From contig JABJMC010000006.1 in the NCBI GenBank assembly GCA_018659585.1, positions 33,728 through 97,727 of the forward strand: DNA of 64,000 bases, given 5' to 3'. Positions 1 to 9,667 of the stretch are shown here, piece by piece (the first letter of the stretch is position 1; each line of letters begins with the position of its first letter). The notes below the pieces were generated by a model, which was not told where the DNA came from, searched no databases, and saw nothing but the letters and a program-made list of their open reading frames with translations. The DNA is from Candidatus Peregrinibacteria bacterium (GTDB lineage Bacteria > Patescibacteriota > Gracilibacteria > UBA1369 > UBA12473). The position numbers and the translations under genes were made by a program.

Positions 1-194
1 CCACCAATCGAAGAACCATCAAACCAAACATTATTAGTAATAGCATCGGATAGTTTATGGACTGGGATTGAGACCGCCTTTAAAACACCATAAATATCCG
101 TGAATTGTAGGTCAACAAATTCCACAGCCTGTTCATTAGCCATATCCATTACCATTTCTTTAGTAACGTTCGCGCGTGGAATTTTGTCATACAT
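1..194 (-). CDS. glnA: Glutamine synthetase type I, N-terminal part (runs off the window)
   Basis: Manual translation from ATG at 194: MYDKIPRANVTKEMVMDMANEQAVEFVDLQFTDIYGVLKAVSIPVHKLSDAITNNVWFDGSSIG; contains the GS motifs LQFTDIxG and FDGSSI. Not in the ORF track. Confidence 0.93.
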   Translation of the reverse strand, partial: MYDKIPRANVTKEMVMDMANEQAVEFVDLQFTDIYGVLKAVSIPVHKLSDAITNNVWFDGSSIG

Positions 195-290
195 GTGCTC
201 GCGACGAACCTTAGTTAAAAGAGCTGTTTTGGGGGGATCTTGTGTAGCTGCAGGAACCATAAGAGAGAAAAATTAGGAATAATAAAAGTT

Positions 291-364
291 GCCCATAAAA
301 TGGTAGATCCTCCGGGGCAATATTGCGCTCGCCAGAGGATCCGTAACCCATTTTTACCTGAGGC
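291..364 (-). promoter_or_regulatory. Long hairpin in the glnA 5' leader (candidate cis-regulatory RNA)
   Basis: On the minus strand AAAAUGG pairs with CCAUUUU and GGAUCCUCUGG with CCGGAGGAUCU (two G-U pairs favour this strand). A U-rich tract follows. Confidence 0.5.
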
Positions 365-429
365 CGTTTCAAAATCAATGTTATCTTGGATTGTAAAAAA
401 AAGCTGTAGAAACCTGTTAACAAGCCTTC

Positions 430-458
430 TTGACCTGTTTTTATAGGTGCGCTATAGT
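430..458 (+). promoter_or_regulatory. sigma70-type promoter for the TrmB-family gene
   Basis: TTGACC-17 nt-TATAGT. Confidence 0.6.
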
Positions 459-496
459 AAGATTGTCGAAAATTTCTACAACAAAACAACTTGACT

Positions 497-1243
497 ATGG
501 ATTTAAAAAATGTTCTAAAAGGTATTGGTTTTAATAGCAAAGAATCCAGTGTTTATTTAGCTGCTTTAGAATTAGGCGCTTCCCCAGCTTCGGATATTGC
601 TCATCGGGCCAAACTTAATCGCGTTACTACTTATGACATCCTAGATAAGCTTATGCGCAAGGGGTGTATTAGTCAGTACACTCAACGGGGGACTAAGATT
701 TTTTCGGCAACTGATCCGGATGCCTTGCGTGAGAATTATCGTAATAAATACATGAATTTTAAGGCGGCTCTTCCGGATTTCAGAAGAGTTTCTGGGACTA
801 TTCGCCATCCACGTGTTCGATATTATGAGGGGATTGAAGGAATGAAAAGAATTTACGCGGATACTTTGACTGCCAAAACAGAGATTCTAAACTACGCTGA
901 TTCCAAATCTATTCGTGAGTATTGGCCAGCCTATGATGAGGAGTATGTTAAATCTAGAGTTAAGAAAAAAATCTATTTACGTGGAATTTGTCCAGATGAT
1001 GAAGTTGGAAAATCTGTGGCGGCTAAGAATAAAAATAATTATCGTGAAATTCGGCTGGTTCCACCCAGTGAATTTTCTTTTACTAACGAAATCAATGTTT
1101 ATGATGACAAAGTAGGCATTATTTCATTTGGTGAAGATCGCACTGTTTTGGGAATGATTATAGAAAGCACGGAAATTGCTAATACCCAAAGAGCGATTTT
1201 TGTGATGGCCTGGGAATTCGCGAATATGCGGAAAGCACGTTAA
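497..1243 (+). CDS. TrmB-family transcriptional regulator (CPR type)
   Basis: N-terminal wHTH (GFNSKESSVYLAALELG...IAHRAKLNRVTTYDILDKL), PRVRYYEGIEG and the C-terminal EINVYDDKV..GMIIES pattern. ATG 497 preferred over TTG 491. Confidence 0.85.
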   Translation: MDLKNVLKGIGFNSKESSVYLAALELGASPASDIAHRAKLNRVTTYDILDKLMRKGCISQYTQRGTKIFSATDPDALRENYRNKYMNFKAALPDFRRVSGTIRHPRVRYYEGIEGMKRIYADTLTAKTEILNYADSKSIREYWPAYDEEYVKSRVKKKIYLRGICPDDEVGKSVAAKNKNNYREIRLVPPSEFSFTNEINVYDDKVGIISFGEDRTVLGMIIESTEIANTQRAIFVMAWEFANMRKAR

Positions 1244-1245
1244 AT

Positions 1246-3273
1246 CTAAACTCGCCCAAATTTTCTTTCCAGTTCCGAGTAAGTCATACGGATCATGGTT
1301 GGGCGGCCGTGTGCACAAGCAGAGCTGCCTTCGGTTTCGAGGAGTGATTTAATCAGGGCTTCTTGCTCATAAGTGGAAAGCCGACGATTGAATTTAATGG
1401 CGGCGCGGCAGGCCAGGGTGTGCAAAATATGGTCGTGTCGTCGCGCCGCCTCCTTCGGCGCTTGTTCATTAAGAAGGTCATCAATAAATCCTTGCATCAC
1501 CTCGCCAACATCTTCATCCACCAAAAAGTCCGGAACTGTATCAATATTAAAAGTACTGCCACCAAATTCACTAATTTCAAATCCCAAAGATCCCAAAAGT
1601 TCCAAATTTTCCTCAAGCACCGCTTTTTCACGATAATTTAGTTCCAACTGAATTGGTGTGAGCAAGGATTGCTTAGTTGGCTCGCGTTCTGTTTCATTCG
1701 CTCTAAATTTACCCAACATCACACGTTCATGAGCCGCGTGTTGATCAATTACCACAATTCCCTCATCATCCTGCGCAATTATATAGCTGTTTTTAACCTG
1801 GGCAATTGGTCTAATTCGTCCTTGAACTCGTGTTTCAGAATAAGCTTCATCAAAAGTCGCAACCGCATCATTAACAGACTCGGGCTCGCTAACAATCGGC
1901 GCCCCAAAAACCGGACTAGCCGGCGCAGCGCTGGGCGCACTACTTGGCGCTCCAAACATCGATGAAACCGGGCCGCTTGATGGCATCTCAGAAACTGTTG
2001 GTTCCTCGGTAATTCCACGCGCCGCTAATCTTTCCTGCCGTTTTTGCAAAAGGTAAGCTCTGCGCGTCGCAATATCCGAAGATCCCATTGTATACGAAGC
2101 ACTAGTCCGCGCTCCAGGAGTAAATTCACCACTCAAGCTTAAACTTGGCGCCTCGGTTGGGTCATATTCTGCTCCAGATTCCTCGACTTTTGGGCGCTCA
2201 TTTGAGACCGCCTGGATATTCTTTTTACGCATATAAGCTGGCATGTCTAAATTCGATTCTCGAAGTGGCACATTATGCATCAAGTGTTCCTTGTGAAGAG
2301 CTCCATGTACCGCAGATTTTACTACTCGAAAAACTTCCTGAGGATTTGCAAAACGAACCTCTAATTTTCGCGGATGAACATTTACATCAATTCGATTCGG
2401 ATCAATTTTAATCGAAACCACAAACACGGGGTGTTGCGTCGACGGAATTAAGTTAGAAAATCCCTCTTTGATCGCGTACGCCAACCGATGATCCTGCACT
2501 GGCCGACCATTTATAATAAAGTACTGATACTTGCGCGTCGTGCGGGCAGTCTGCGGTTTGCCAACGTGTCCACTAATCTGTAAATCACTGCCTCCATAAA
2601 AAATTTCAATCATCTCGCTGCTTACAGCTTTTCCAAATAACGCCCCAATCCTGGCCGCTATTTTTGAAGTTTTAAGTAAATCAAAAACCGTTCGATTATT
2701 TGATACAAATTTAAACGCCACCTCCGGATGAGCCAGGGACGCATCTTGAACCGCGTCTAAAATATGACGGTATTCAGTTTGTTCACTTTTTAAATATTTT
2801 TTCCGCGCTGGAGTATTAAAAAACAAATTAGAAATTTCTAATTTCGTACCCACCGAACATCCCGCCGCTGTCACCACCGGATCCTTTCCGCCTTCCATTT
2901 CTAGCCGAATCCCTCCGAGTGCATCCTCTCGTTTAGTTTGCAAAACAACATTCGAAACAGAGGCAATACTAGCCAATGCTTCTCCTCTAAATCCCAAAGT
3001 TTTCAACTTATCCAAGTCATCTAAATCACGGATTTTAGAAGTCGCGTGCCTCTCAAAAGCCAAGCGCGCATCCATCTCATCCATCCCCACACCATCATCA
3101 GTTATCACAATTTTCTCGGTCCCGCCTTTTGCAATCTCCACCGTAATATGAGTTGCCTTGGCATCAATCGCGTTTTCTAATAACTCTTTTACAATCGAAG
3201 CCGGTCGTTCAATTACCTCGCCAGCCGCGATTTGATTAACTAATTGATCTGGTAAAACACGAATTTGTCCCAT
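1246..3273 (-). CDS. mutL: DNA mismatch repair endonuclease MutL
   Basis: NQIAAGEVIERPAS, GFRGEALASI, endonuclease motif DQHAAHERVMLG, ACRAAIK, CAHGRP. Start trimmed to MGQIRVL (ATG 3273). Confidence 0.97.
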   Translation of the reverse strand: MGQIRVLPDQLVNQIAAGEVIERPASIVKELLENAIDAKATHITVEIAKGGTEKIVITDDGVGMDEMDARLAFERHATSKIRDLDDLDKLKTLGFRGEALASIASVSNVVLQTKREDALGGIRLEMEGGKDPVVTAAGCSVGTKLEISNLFFNTPARKKYLKSEQTEYRHILDAVQDASLAHPEVAFKFVSNNRTVFDLLKTSKIAARIGALFGKAVSSEMIEIFYGGSDLQISGHVGKPQTARTTRKYQYFIINGRPVQDHRLAYAIKEGFSNLIPSTQHPVFVVSIKIDPNRIDVNVHPRKLEVRFANPQEVFRVVKSAVHGALHKEHLMHNVPLRESNLDMPAYMRKKNIQAVSNERPKVEESGAEYDPTEAPSLSLSGEFTPGARTSASYTMGSSDIATRRAYLLQKRQERLAARGITEEPTVSEMPSSGPVSSMFGAPSSAPSAAPASPVFGAPIVSEPESVNDAVATFDEAYSETRVQGRIRPIAQVKNSYIIAQDDEGIVVIDQHAAHERVMLGKFRANETEREPTKQSLLTPIQLELNYREKAVLEENLELLGSLGFEISEFGGSTFNIDTVPDFLVDEDVGEVMQGFIDDLLNEQAPKEAARRHDHILHTLACRAAIKFNRRLSTYEQEALIKSLLETEGSSACAHGRPTMIRMTYSELERKFGRV

Positions 3274-3311
3274 AGTAGTCCTATGATGCCGCGCTAAGAA
3301 CAAAAACGCAA

Positions 3312-4610
3312 CTACTCTATTTCTTTCAAAGTTAAAGCCCCATTTGGACACACCGTTACACATAAACTGCAATCTTCACATAATTCAGGGTCCACGTCTG
3401 GGAAAGCTCTAGATTCAAGGCCTTCCGCTACTACAAGCGGCGTTATAGCCCGCGATCCACAAGCATCCATGCAATCCATGCAACCTGTACATGATTCTTC
3501 ATTAAGGCTTAAGGTCAACGGTTCAGTCAGGCTATGTAATTCAGGGGATCTTCCTAAATCAATATTAGTTGCAAAAAACTGCCCCAAAGTTTCTACATAG
3601 CGGCCGATTCCTTTGTGCCGTCTAGCAATTTCTTGTTCTAGATTTTTAAAGGTATCCGCAACTCGACAACGAGCCTGCACTGCATTTTCCTGCAACGCAT
3701 CATGCAACATCATTAGTCCCTCTTCTGGGCCATGCGCTAAAAAGTGCGTACATGCTTCCACAGCATCTGCCCCATTTTCAAAATATTCTTGAATATTATG
3801 AGTCGTTACCCCACCAACTGCAATATAAGGATAATCAGCCCCTAAAGTTTCTTTAACTCGGCGGCAAATTAAAGGTGAAATTTCAGACAAAGGCAATCCC
3901 GCCAGCCAACCTTCTTCTTCCGCCAACATTCTTTGCGAATCATAAGGACCTAAAGAATTAATCCCCACAATTCCGGCTGCCCCCTCTTCTTTAATCATTT
4001 GTGCAATTTCTAAATAATGGCCGTCATAATAACTAATTTTTACAAACACTGGATATATCCATCCAGCCGCCTTAACCGCAGCTCGAACCCGATCACGCGC
4101 TTTATTAGGGTCATCTTTAGAGTGATGAAGAGAAACCTCGAAAAATATTGGAGGCAAGCCTGTAAAAAGAGTCAAAAAATTTTTAATTTCACGGATGTTC
4201 CGTTCAATTTCGTCCGCCTCATATCCCACACTAATAAAAAGAGGGGAGTTAGTTTTTAAAGCCTGTTCAAGAAGAGGTAAATATTCCTGTTTAAATCTTC
4301 CCGCAAACGAAGTCTCACAATTCATACTCACTCCCGCACGCATCATAATTCGCCGCGTATCCGGTTCTCGAATACTATCTAAAGCTTCTGCCCCGCGTGA
4401 AGGTCCGCCACCCATAGTTTTCATGGCTAAAAAGGGCTGAATCCCGCGTTGAGTAATTGGGCTATCCTTATCAATATCAAGGTCGCGGCCATCAGAAGCA
4501 TGGCCCGTGAATTCTGCAATTGGTTTAATGGAAGCCGTATGCGGGCCCGAGGCCACACCAATTAAAGGAATTTCATAACCGCAAATATTTGCAGTGGGAC
4601 ATTCTGACAT
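3312..4610 (-). CDS. Dihydroorotate/dihydropyrimidine dehydrogenase-like FMN protein with C-terminal 2x[4Fe-4S] domain (PreA-like)
   Basis: GVASGP, VFVKIS, GINSL, AVGGV and GADAVEACT TIM-barrel motifs; CTGCMDCMDAC and CEDCSLCVTVCP. Start likely MSECPT (4610). Confidence 0.75.
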   Translation of the reverse strand: MSECPTANICGYEIPLIGVASGPHTASIKPIAEFTGHASDGRDLDIDKDSPITQRGIQPFLAMKTMGGGPSRGAEALDSIREPDTRRIMMRAGVSMNCETSFAGRFKQEYLPLLEQALKTNSPLFISVGYEADEIERNIREIKNFLTLFTGLPPIFFEVSLHHSKDDPNKARDRVRAAVKAAGWIYPVFVKISYYDGHYLEIAQMIKEEGAAGIVGINSLGPYDSQRMLAEEEGWLAGLPLSEISPLICRRVKETLGADYPYIAVGGVTTHNIQEYFENGADAVEACTHFLAHGPEEGLMMLHDALQENAVQARCRVADTFKNLEQEIARRHKGIGRYVETLGQFFATNIDLGRSPELHSLTEPLTLSLNEESCTGCMDCMDACGSRAITPLVVAEGLESRAFPDVDPELCEDCSLCVTVCPNGALTLKEIE

Positions 4611-4728
4611 GTGGGGGTGGATTAGTAGTCTCAAAACCTACCGTAAGTTTTTGGGTGTCGTCAATATGAATATTGACAAAAAGCGCGCACTGGGTGTACA
4701 AAAGTTATCCATCCTAACCCCATTTAGC

Positions 4729-5154
4729 ATGACACAAACTCCACCCTTAGCTAAAGAAACAACTAAAGCCCCCGAAACCGTTCAATTACCGCAAGCTGCC
4801 CTTGCTGGATTTTTTGACCATGTAGAAGATGAGGCGGATCAAGAAGATCGTAAAAACGATATGATTAATGCGGTTGATGAAGCTTTGCGAGATCACGGAA
4901 TGGAAACTTTTGAGGGAGCCGTGGATTTTTTTGTTGATGACGATTTTCATTGCGTAACCATTTGGATAACACCACCAGACAGCATGTCTCAAGAAGATTT
5001 TGAGGCAATTATTGATAAACTATTTCCGAACGGTGTGTTAAAAGACAGAAATGCAGGCGCCCAGTTTTTGGTAATCCCTTTAGAGAAGCCGGCTGCTAAG
5101 AAAGATGTGGTCTCTGTAGTCCAAGAGACTTCTAAGGGGAGATTTCGTATCTAA
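4729..5154 (+). CDS. Hypothetical acidic protein
   Basis: ORF track 4594..5154; ATG 4729 avoids overlap with the divergent gene and follows TAACCC. Confidence 0.65.
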   Translation: MTQTPPLAKETTKAPETVQLPQAALAGFFDHVEDEADQEDRKNDMINAVDEALRDHGMETFEGAVDFFVDDDFHCVTIWITPPDSMSQEDFEAIIDKLFPNGVLKDRNAGAQFLVIPLEKPAAKKDVVSVVQETSKGRFRI

Positions 5155-5338
5155 AACCCTTGACAAACTCCCCAGATAGTATAGATTTCGACTGATCTTA
5201 CCCTTCAGGTTAAATTCAAAAAATTACAAAATTTTACGTAAGTTAAGTCAACCCCCTCATATTGACTCTCCAACCTGGATGCGTAAAATATATATGAAAT
5301 ACTGATACGGACCTGCACTACGAGTTTTTAAGATCATC

Positions 5339-6529
5339 GTGAGTTTATTAACCCCTTCAAAGATTAATAACAACGTCAATCACGACGCTCGCAAAGAGCG
5401 CCACCATAAATTGTTTGGAAAGACCAGATCTCGAGTTGCCCGTTTCAATCAAATCCGAGGGCGATTAAATCGTCACGCTCATAATGGTCGTACTCGATTT
5501 TGTGATCCTTTGCACGGTCATTCTCCAGCCCAGCGACTCTTTTTCCGAGTAGCTGGTTTATGTATGGTTCTCCTTATTATTAATTCTGCTAATCCTAGTT
5601 ACGCTTATGATTTAGGGGGTAGCTATAATTCCGAGGTTTATGACAGTTTAGAGGTTAATACAAATTTAAGTTTTTATTCTGATCAGGACGGTTATATTAC
5701 CAAAACAATGCCCAGTGAAGGCGAAGCTCGTTATTTGAATCGTGGCTCTGAATATGTCACGCACGAGGTTCAGCCCGGCGACACTTTATCAGTGATTGCT
5801 TATCGGTATGACCTTTCTATGAACACTATCCTCTGGGCTAATTCTAGCCTGGGAAATGGTAATTATTTGAAATTAGGAGAAGAAATTAAAATTCCACCAG
5901 CTGATGGCTATGGCGTAAAAGTTAAAAGTGGGAATACTTTGACTGCTTTAGTTGAAAAATATGAAGGGGACGAAGAACAAACTCTAGCTTTTAACGAATT
6001 GGCTGAAGATGGAACTTTAATTGTTGGCGAAGAATTGTTTATTGTTGATGGTGAAAAACCTTATGTTTATGTCGCGGCAACTACTCGTAATGACTACACA
6101 ACTAGTTATGCCAATACAACGCGTATTTCGAATGATATTGTCGCCACGCCAACTGGTAATGGTTGGGTTAGGCCAACTTCTGGTGCCCTTACGCAAGGAT
6201 ATCGTTGGGGTCACTATGCTTTTGATATTGCCGATCGTGGCAAACCACCGATTGTAGCGGCTGATGGCGGAACTGTTCTCCAGGCTGATTATGGATGGAA
6301 TGGCGGTTATGGAAATGTGGTAAAAATAGATCACGGAAATGGATACATAACACTTTATGCTCACATGGAAGAGCTTTATGTTGTGGCGGGTGATTCTGTA
6401 AATGCCGGGACAGTTATTGGTAAAATGGGAGCTACCGGAAGAGTTTATGGAGCCACGGGTATTCACCTTCATTTTGAACTTATTTACAATGGTGTGAAGG
6501 TTAATCCATCGCAAGTATTTGGTTGGTAA
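5339..6529 (+). CDS. LysM-domain M23 family peptidoglycan endopeptidase
   Basis: LysM (HEVQPGDTLSVIAYRY), M23 motifs HYAFDIA, YAHM and HLHFE; N-terminal membrane segment. Confidence 0.92.
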   Translation: MSLLTPSKINNNVNHDARKERHHKLFGKTRSRVARFNQIRGRLNRHAHNGRTRFCDPLHGHSPAQRLFFRVAGLCMVLLIINSANPSYAYDLGGSYNSEVYDSLEVNTNLSFYSDQDGYITKTMPSEGEARYLNRGSEYVTHEVQPGDTLSVIAYRYDLSMNTILWANSSLGNGNYLKLGEEIKIPPADGYGVKVKSGNTLTALVEKYEGDEEQTLAFNELAEDGTLIVGEELFIVDGEKPYVYVAATTRNDYTTSYANTTRISNDIVATPTGNGWVRPTSGALTQGYRWGHYAFDIADRGKPPIVAADGGTVLQADYGWNGGYGNVVKIDHGNGYITLYAHMEELYVVAGDSVNAGTVIGKMGATGRVYGATGIHLHFELIYNGVKVNPSQVFGW

Positions 6530-6543
6530 CGTAGATACAAATC

Positions 6544-6587
6544 TTCAGGTTACAATTCACCCCCGGGGGTGAATTTTTCTCTGTAAA
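6544..6587. repeat. Dispersed palindromic intergenic element, copy 1
   Basis: TTCAGGTT-AC-[AATTCACCCCCGGGGGTGAATT, perfect 22-bp palindrome 6554-6575]-TTTCTCTGTAA; homologous copies at ~33800 and ~38600. Confidence 0.8.
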
Positions 6588-6689
6588 AACGTCAAAAACA
6601 GATCGTGTTCGTCAAGCTACCCTTGCCACCTCAGCCCAGTTCCTCTAAACTAACTCCCGGCTTATTCCGTTTCTAACCTTGCGCCTTAA

Positions 6690-6968
6690 ATGCTGGACTT
6701 TTTCAAGTCTTTCTTCGGCTCTCTGCTTCACATGCCGCAACAGTTATTACTGCTTGCGATAAGGCTCTACCAAAAAACCCTTTCTCCAGATCATGGGCCT
6801 CTTAGTCGTATTTTCCCAGGAGGGTTTTGTCGGTACACACCGAGCTGTTCTGAGTATGGAAGACTCGCGATTTTAAAGCACGGTGCTATTAAAGGTGGAA
6901 TCAAAGCTGTTTGGCGCATTATGCGCTGTAATCCATGTAGTCGTGGTGGGGTGGACCTACCTAAATAA
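6690..6968 (+). CDS. yidD: Membrane protein insertion efficiency factor YidD
   Basis: [28 protein letters not shown]. Confidence 0.92.
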   Translation: MLDFFKSFFGSLLHMPQQLLLLAIRLYQKTLSPDHGPLSRIFPGGFCRYTPSCSEYGRLAILKHGAIKGGIKAVWRIMRCNPCSRGGVDLPK

Positions 6969-6979
6969 CCCATTTTAAA

Positions 6980-8554
6980 GTGAGTGAACGCACACAACCT
7001 AAACGGGCCTTGGTCAGCGTGGCTGACAAAACTGAGTTAGTAGATTTTTGTCGTGCTCTAGCCGAAGAATTCGGAGTTGAATTAATTTCAACCGGCGGCA
7101 CAGCCAAACTTCTTCAAGAAAACAACATCCCAGTTCGAGAAGTATCAGACTTAACCGGCTTCCCAGAAATTTTTGGAGGTCGTGTAAAAACCCTCCACCC
7201 AAAAGTTCACGGCGGTATACTTATGCGCCGCAATAATGGTGATGACAAAAAAGAAGCTGAAGAGCACAGTATCCCAGAAATCGACATGGTTGTGACCAAC
7301 CTCTATCCATTCAAACAAACCATTAGTAAGGAAGGCGTTACCGAAGAAGAAGCTGTCGAAGAAATTGATATTGGAGGAGTAACTTTACTCCGGGCTGCAG
7401 CTAAAAACTTTAAAGATGTTGCCATAGTTACGGCGATTCGTGATTACACCCCTCTTTTAGACGAAATGCGTCACGAAGGAGGAATTTCTTTTCAAACTCG
7501 TCGCAATCTATCTATTAAGGCTTTTGAAAAAACTTGTGATTACGATAAATCTATTTCTGAGTATTTCAAAAACAAGGGCGAAACAGTTGAATTGCTAGAT
7601 CTCCACTACGAAAAATCAATGAAACTTCGCTACGGAGAAAACCCACATCAACGAGCGGTGTTTTTCAAAGATCCCAACAATCATTATCCAAATGTTACCA
7701 ACGCCAAAACCATTCAAGCGAATAAGGAAATTTCGTTTAACAATATTCTAGACGGTGATGCGGCTATTAAAATCGTAACTGATTTTGCCAGGCCAACCGT
7801 GGCTGTTATGAAACACACTAACCCGTGTGGAGTAGCCACAGCGCAGGATATTGATACTGCTTTTGAAACTGCTTACAACGTGGATCCCATGTCTGCTTTT
7901 GGATGTGTGATTGGGATGAATCGAACCTGTACAACCAAGATTGCGCAGTATATTGCTGATAATAAATTATTTGTAGAATTAATTACCGCCCCAGACTTTG
8001 AAGAGGGGGCACTCGAAATTTTCCGAAAACGCAAAAACCTTCGTTTACTTGCGACTGGAAAACTTCGCCTTAATCCCAACCAACGCGACATTAAAACCGT
8101 GGCTGGAGGAATGCTCGTGCAGTACGCGGATCAACACGTGATTTCTAAGGACGACTTAAAAGTTGTTACCAAAATCAAGCCAACCGACGAACAAATCAAG
8201 GCCATGATGTTTGCGCGTAAAGTTGTTAAACATGTTAAATCCAACTCAGTCGTCTTTGCCAAGGGAGAACCAGACAAAGGAATCGAACGAATTGTAGCTA
8301 TTGGTGCCGGACAAATGGCCCGTGTAGACGCTGTGTTTATTGCCACTCATAAAGGAGGCGATGACATCCAAGGCTCAGTGCTAGCTTCCGACGCTTTCTT
8401 TCCCTTCCCAGACGGAGTAGAAGAGGCGCACAAGGCTGGGGTAACTGCTATTATTCAACCTGGTGGCTCTATCCGCGACAAAGAAGTTATAAAACGTGCC
8501 GATGAGCTTGGAATTGCGATGGTCTTTACTGGCGTTAGATCGTTTAAACATTAA
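6980..8554 (+). CDS. purH: Bifunctional AICAR transformylase/IMP cyclohydrolase
   Basis: STGGTA, GRVKTLHP, IDIGG, LRYGENPHQ, KHTNPCG, SDAFFPF, QPGGS. Confidence 0.97.
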   Translation: MSERTQPKRALVSVADKTELVDFCRALAEEFGVELISTGGTAKLLQENNIPVREVSDLTGFPEIFGGRVKTLHPKVHGGILMRRNNGDDKKEAEEHSIPEIDMVVTNLYPFKQTISKEGVTEEEAVEEIDIGGVTLLRAAAKNFKDVAIVTAIRDYTPLLDEMRHEGGISFQTRRNLSIKAFEKTCDYDKSISEYFKNKGETVELLDLHYEKSMKLRYGENPHQRAVFFKDPNNHYPNVTNAKTIQANKEISFNNILDGDAAIKIVTDFARPTVAVMKHTNPCGVATAQDIDTAFETAYNVDPMSAFGCVIGMNRTCTTKIAQYIADNKLFVELITAPDFEEGALEIFRKRKNLRLLATGKLRLNPNQRDIKTVAGGMLVQYADQHVISKDDLKVVTKIKPTDEQIKAMMFARKVVKHVKSNSVVFAKGEPDKGIERIVAIGAGQMARVDAVFIATHKGGDDIQGSVLASDAFFPFPDGVEEAHKAGVTAIIQPGGSIRDKEVIKRADELGIAMVFTGVRSFKH

Positions 8555-8558
8555 ATAA

Positions 8559-8672
8559 TAGTCGCCTAACATATTTTTGAAAAGCTGAAGATTTAGAAGG
8601 TAATATTTAAGGTTTAAGTTGTATAAAGGATAGATTTTGTGATAGAATAGTAATGTTTTAGTCGCCTAACAT
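8559..8672 (+). repeat. 14-bp direct repeat upstream of the Fic gene
   Basis: TAGTCGCCTAACAT at 8559-8572 and 8659-8672 (exactly 100 bp apart). Confidence 0.75.
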
Positions 8673-8678
8673 TTTCAA

Positions 8679-9665
8679 GTGAAGTTTATCCGCGAGAAGC
8701 AAATTAGAGGAAAAACATATTTTTATTTTGAAATACCAATAAAAGTTAATAACGAAAGGGTCGTCTTGAGGAAGTATTTAGGAAAAGAATTGCCTAAAGA
8801 TCTTCCTTTTGAAGAATTTGCGAAAGATATTGTTAAAAAAATCAATAATAATGAAATGGAATACTTTCAGCCCAAATCTATTCTTCCTATTGAGCAAGCA
8901 AGATTTTGGTATTACAGTCTTCATCAAGAAATAGCCAAAAGTGATCTCAAAAAATTTCGACTACTTTTTTCGGTGTTGTTTATTTTGAATTCTAATCGTG
9001 CCGAAGGGTCGCAAGTAACCAGAAAAGACATTGAAAAATTTATTCTTCGTAAAAGAAACCCCAAAACAAGTCTCGATATAGAGGTAGTAAATTCATTTAA
9101 GGCTCTAGAGTTTGCTTTTTCTGGTGAAATGAAGTGGAATCTTAAATCAATTAAGCATATTCACTCCTTATTATTTGATCGTATAGCGCCTGAAATCGCA
9201 GGGAAGTTTAAAAAAAATGAGGTTATTATTGGGAATGAAACTACCACTCCAGCCAAGGACGTTCGGAAAGAATTGAGCCAACTTCTTAAGTGGTTTAAGG
9301 ATAACAAAAAGCACATCTATCCACCTAAATTGGCACTAGAATTTCACCATAAATTTGAGGCAATTCATCCTTTTGAAGATGGAAATGGCAGGGTTGGGCG
9401 CATCCTTTTTAATGCCTATTTAATTCAGATGGGGTACATGCCAACGATTTTCTTTAGTCAAAATCACCGGTCGTATTGTAATGCTATTTCTATGGCTCGA
9501 GATGGGCATTCTCTTAAATTGGCCCATTATTTTATTGGGCAAGTTAAAAAAACACGTCAAGCTGTAGAGGAGTACAAAAAAGAAGGTTCTATCCAAGGCG
9601 GTTCACGCCAAATTGGACAATGGGCTATCGAGAGAGGTAAGATCCGATTAAATCCTAAGTTCTAA
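8679..9665 (+). CDS. Fic family protein (AMPylase), class II type
   Basis: Canonical HPFEDGNGRVGR motif; upstream inhibitory-type motif SNRAEG. Confidence 0.92.
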   Translation: MKFIREKQIRGKTYFYFEIPIKVNNERVVLRKYLGKELPKDLPFEEFAKDIVKKINNNEMEYFQPKSILPIEQARFWYYSLHQEIAKSDLKKFRLLFSVLFILNSNRAEGSQVTRKDIEKFILRKRNPKTSLDIEVVNSFKALEFAFSGEMKWNLKSIKHIHSLLFDRIAPEIAGKFKKNEVIIGNETTTPAKDVRKELSQLLKWFKDNKKHIYPPKLALEFHHKFEAIHPFEDGNGRVGRILFNAYLIQMGYMPTIFFSQNHRSYCNAISMARDGHSLKLAHYFIGQVKKTRQAVEEYKKEGSIQGGSRQIGQWAIERGKIRLNPKF

Positions 9666-9667
9666 GT

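Noticed and set aside
405-422. GlnR/TnrA box upstream of glnA (TGTAGAAACCTGTTAACA)
   Set aside because: Spacing and left half do not fit TGTNA-N7-TNACA.
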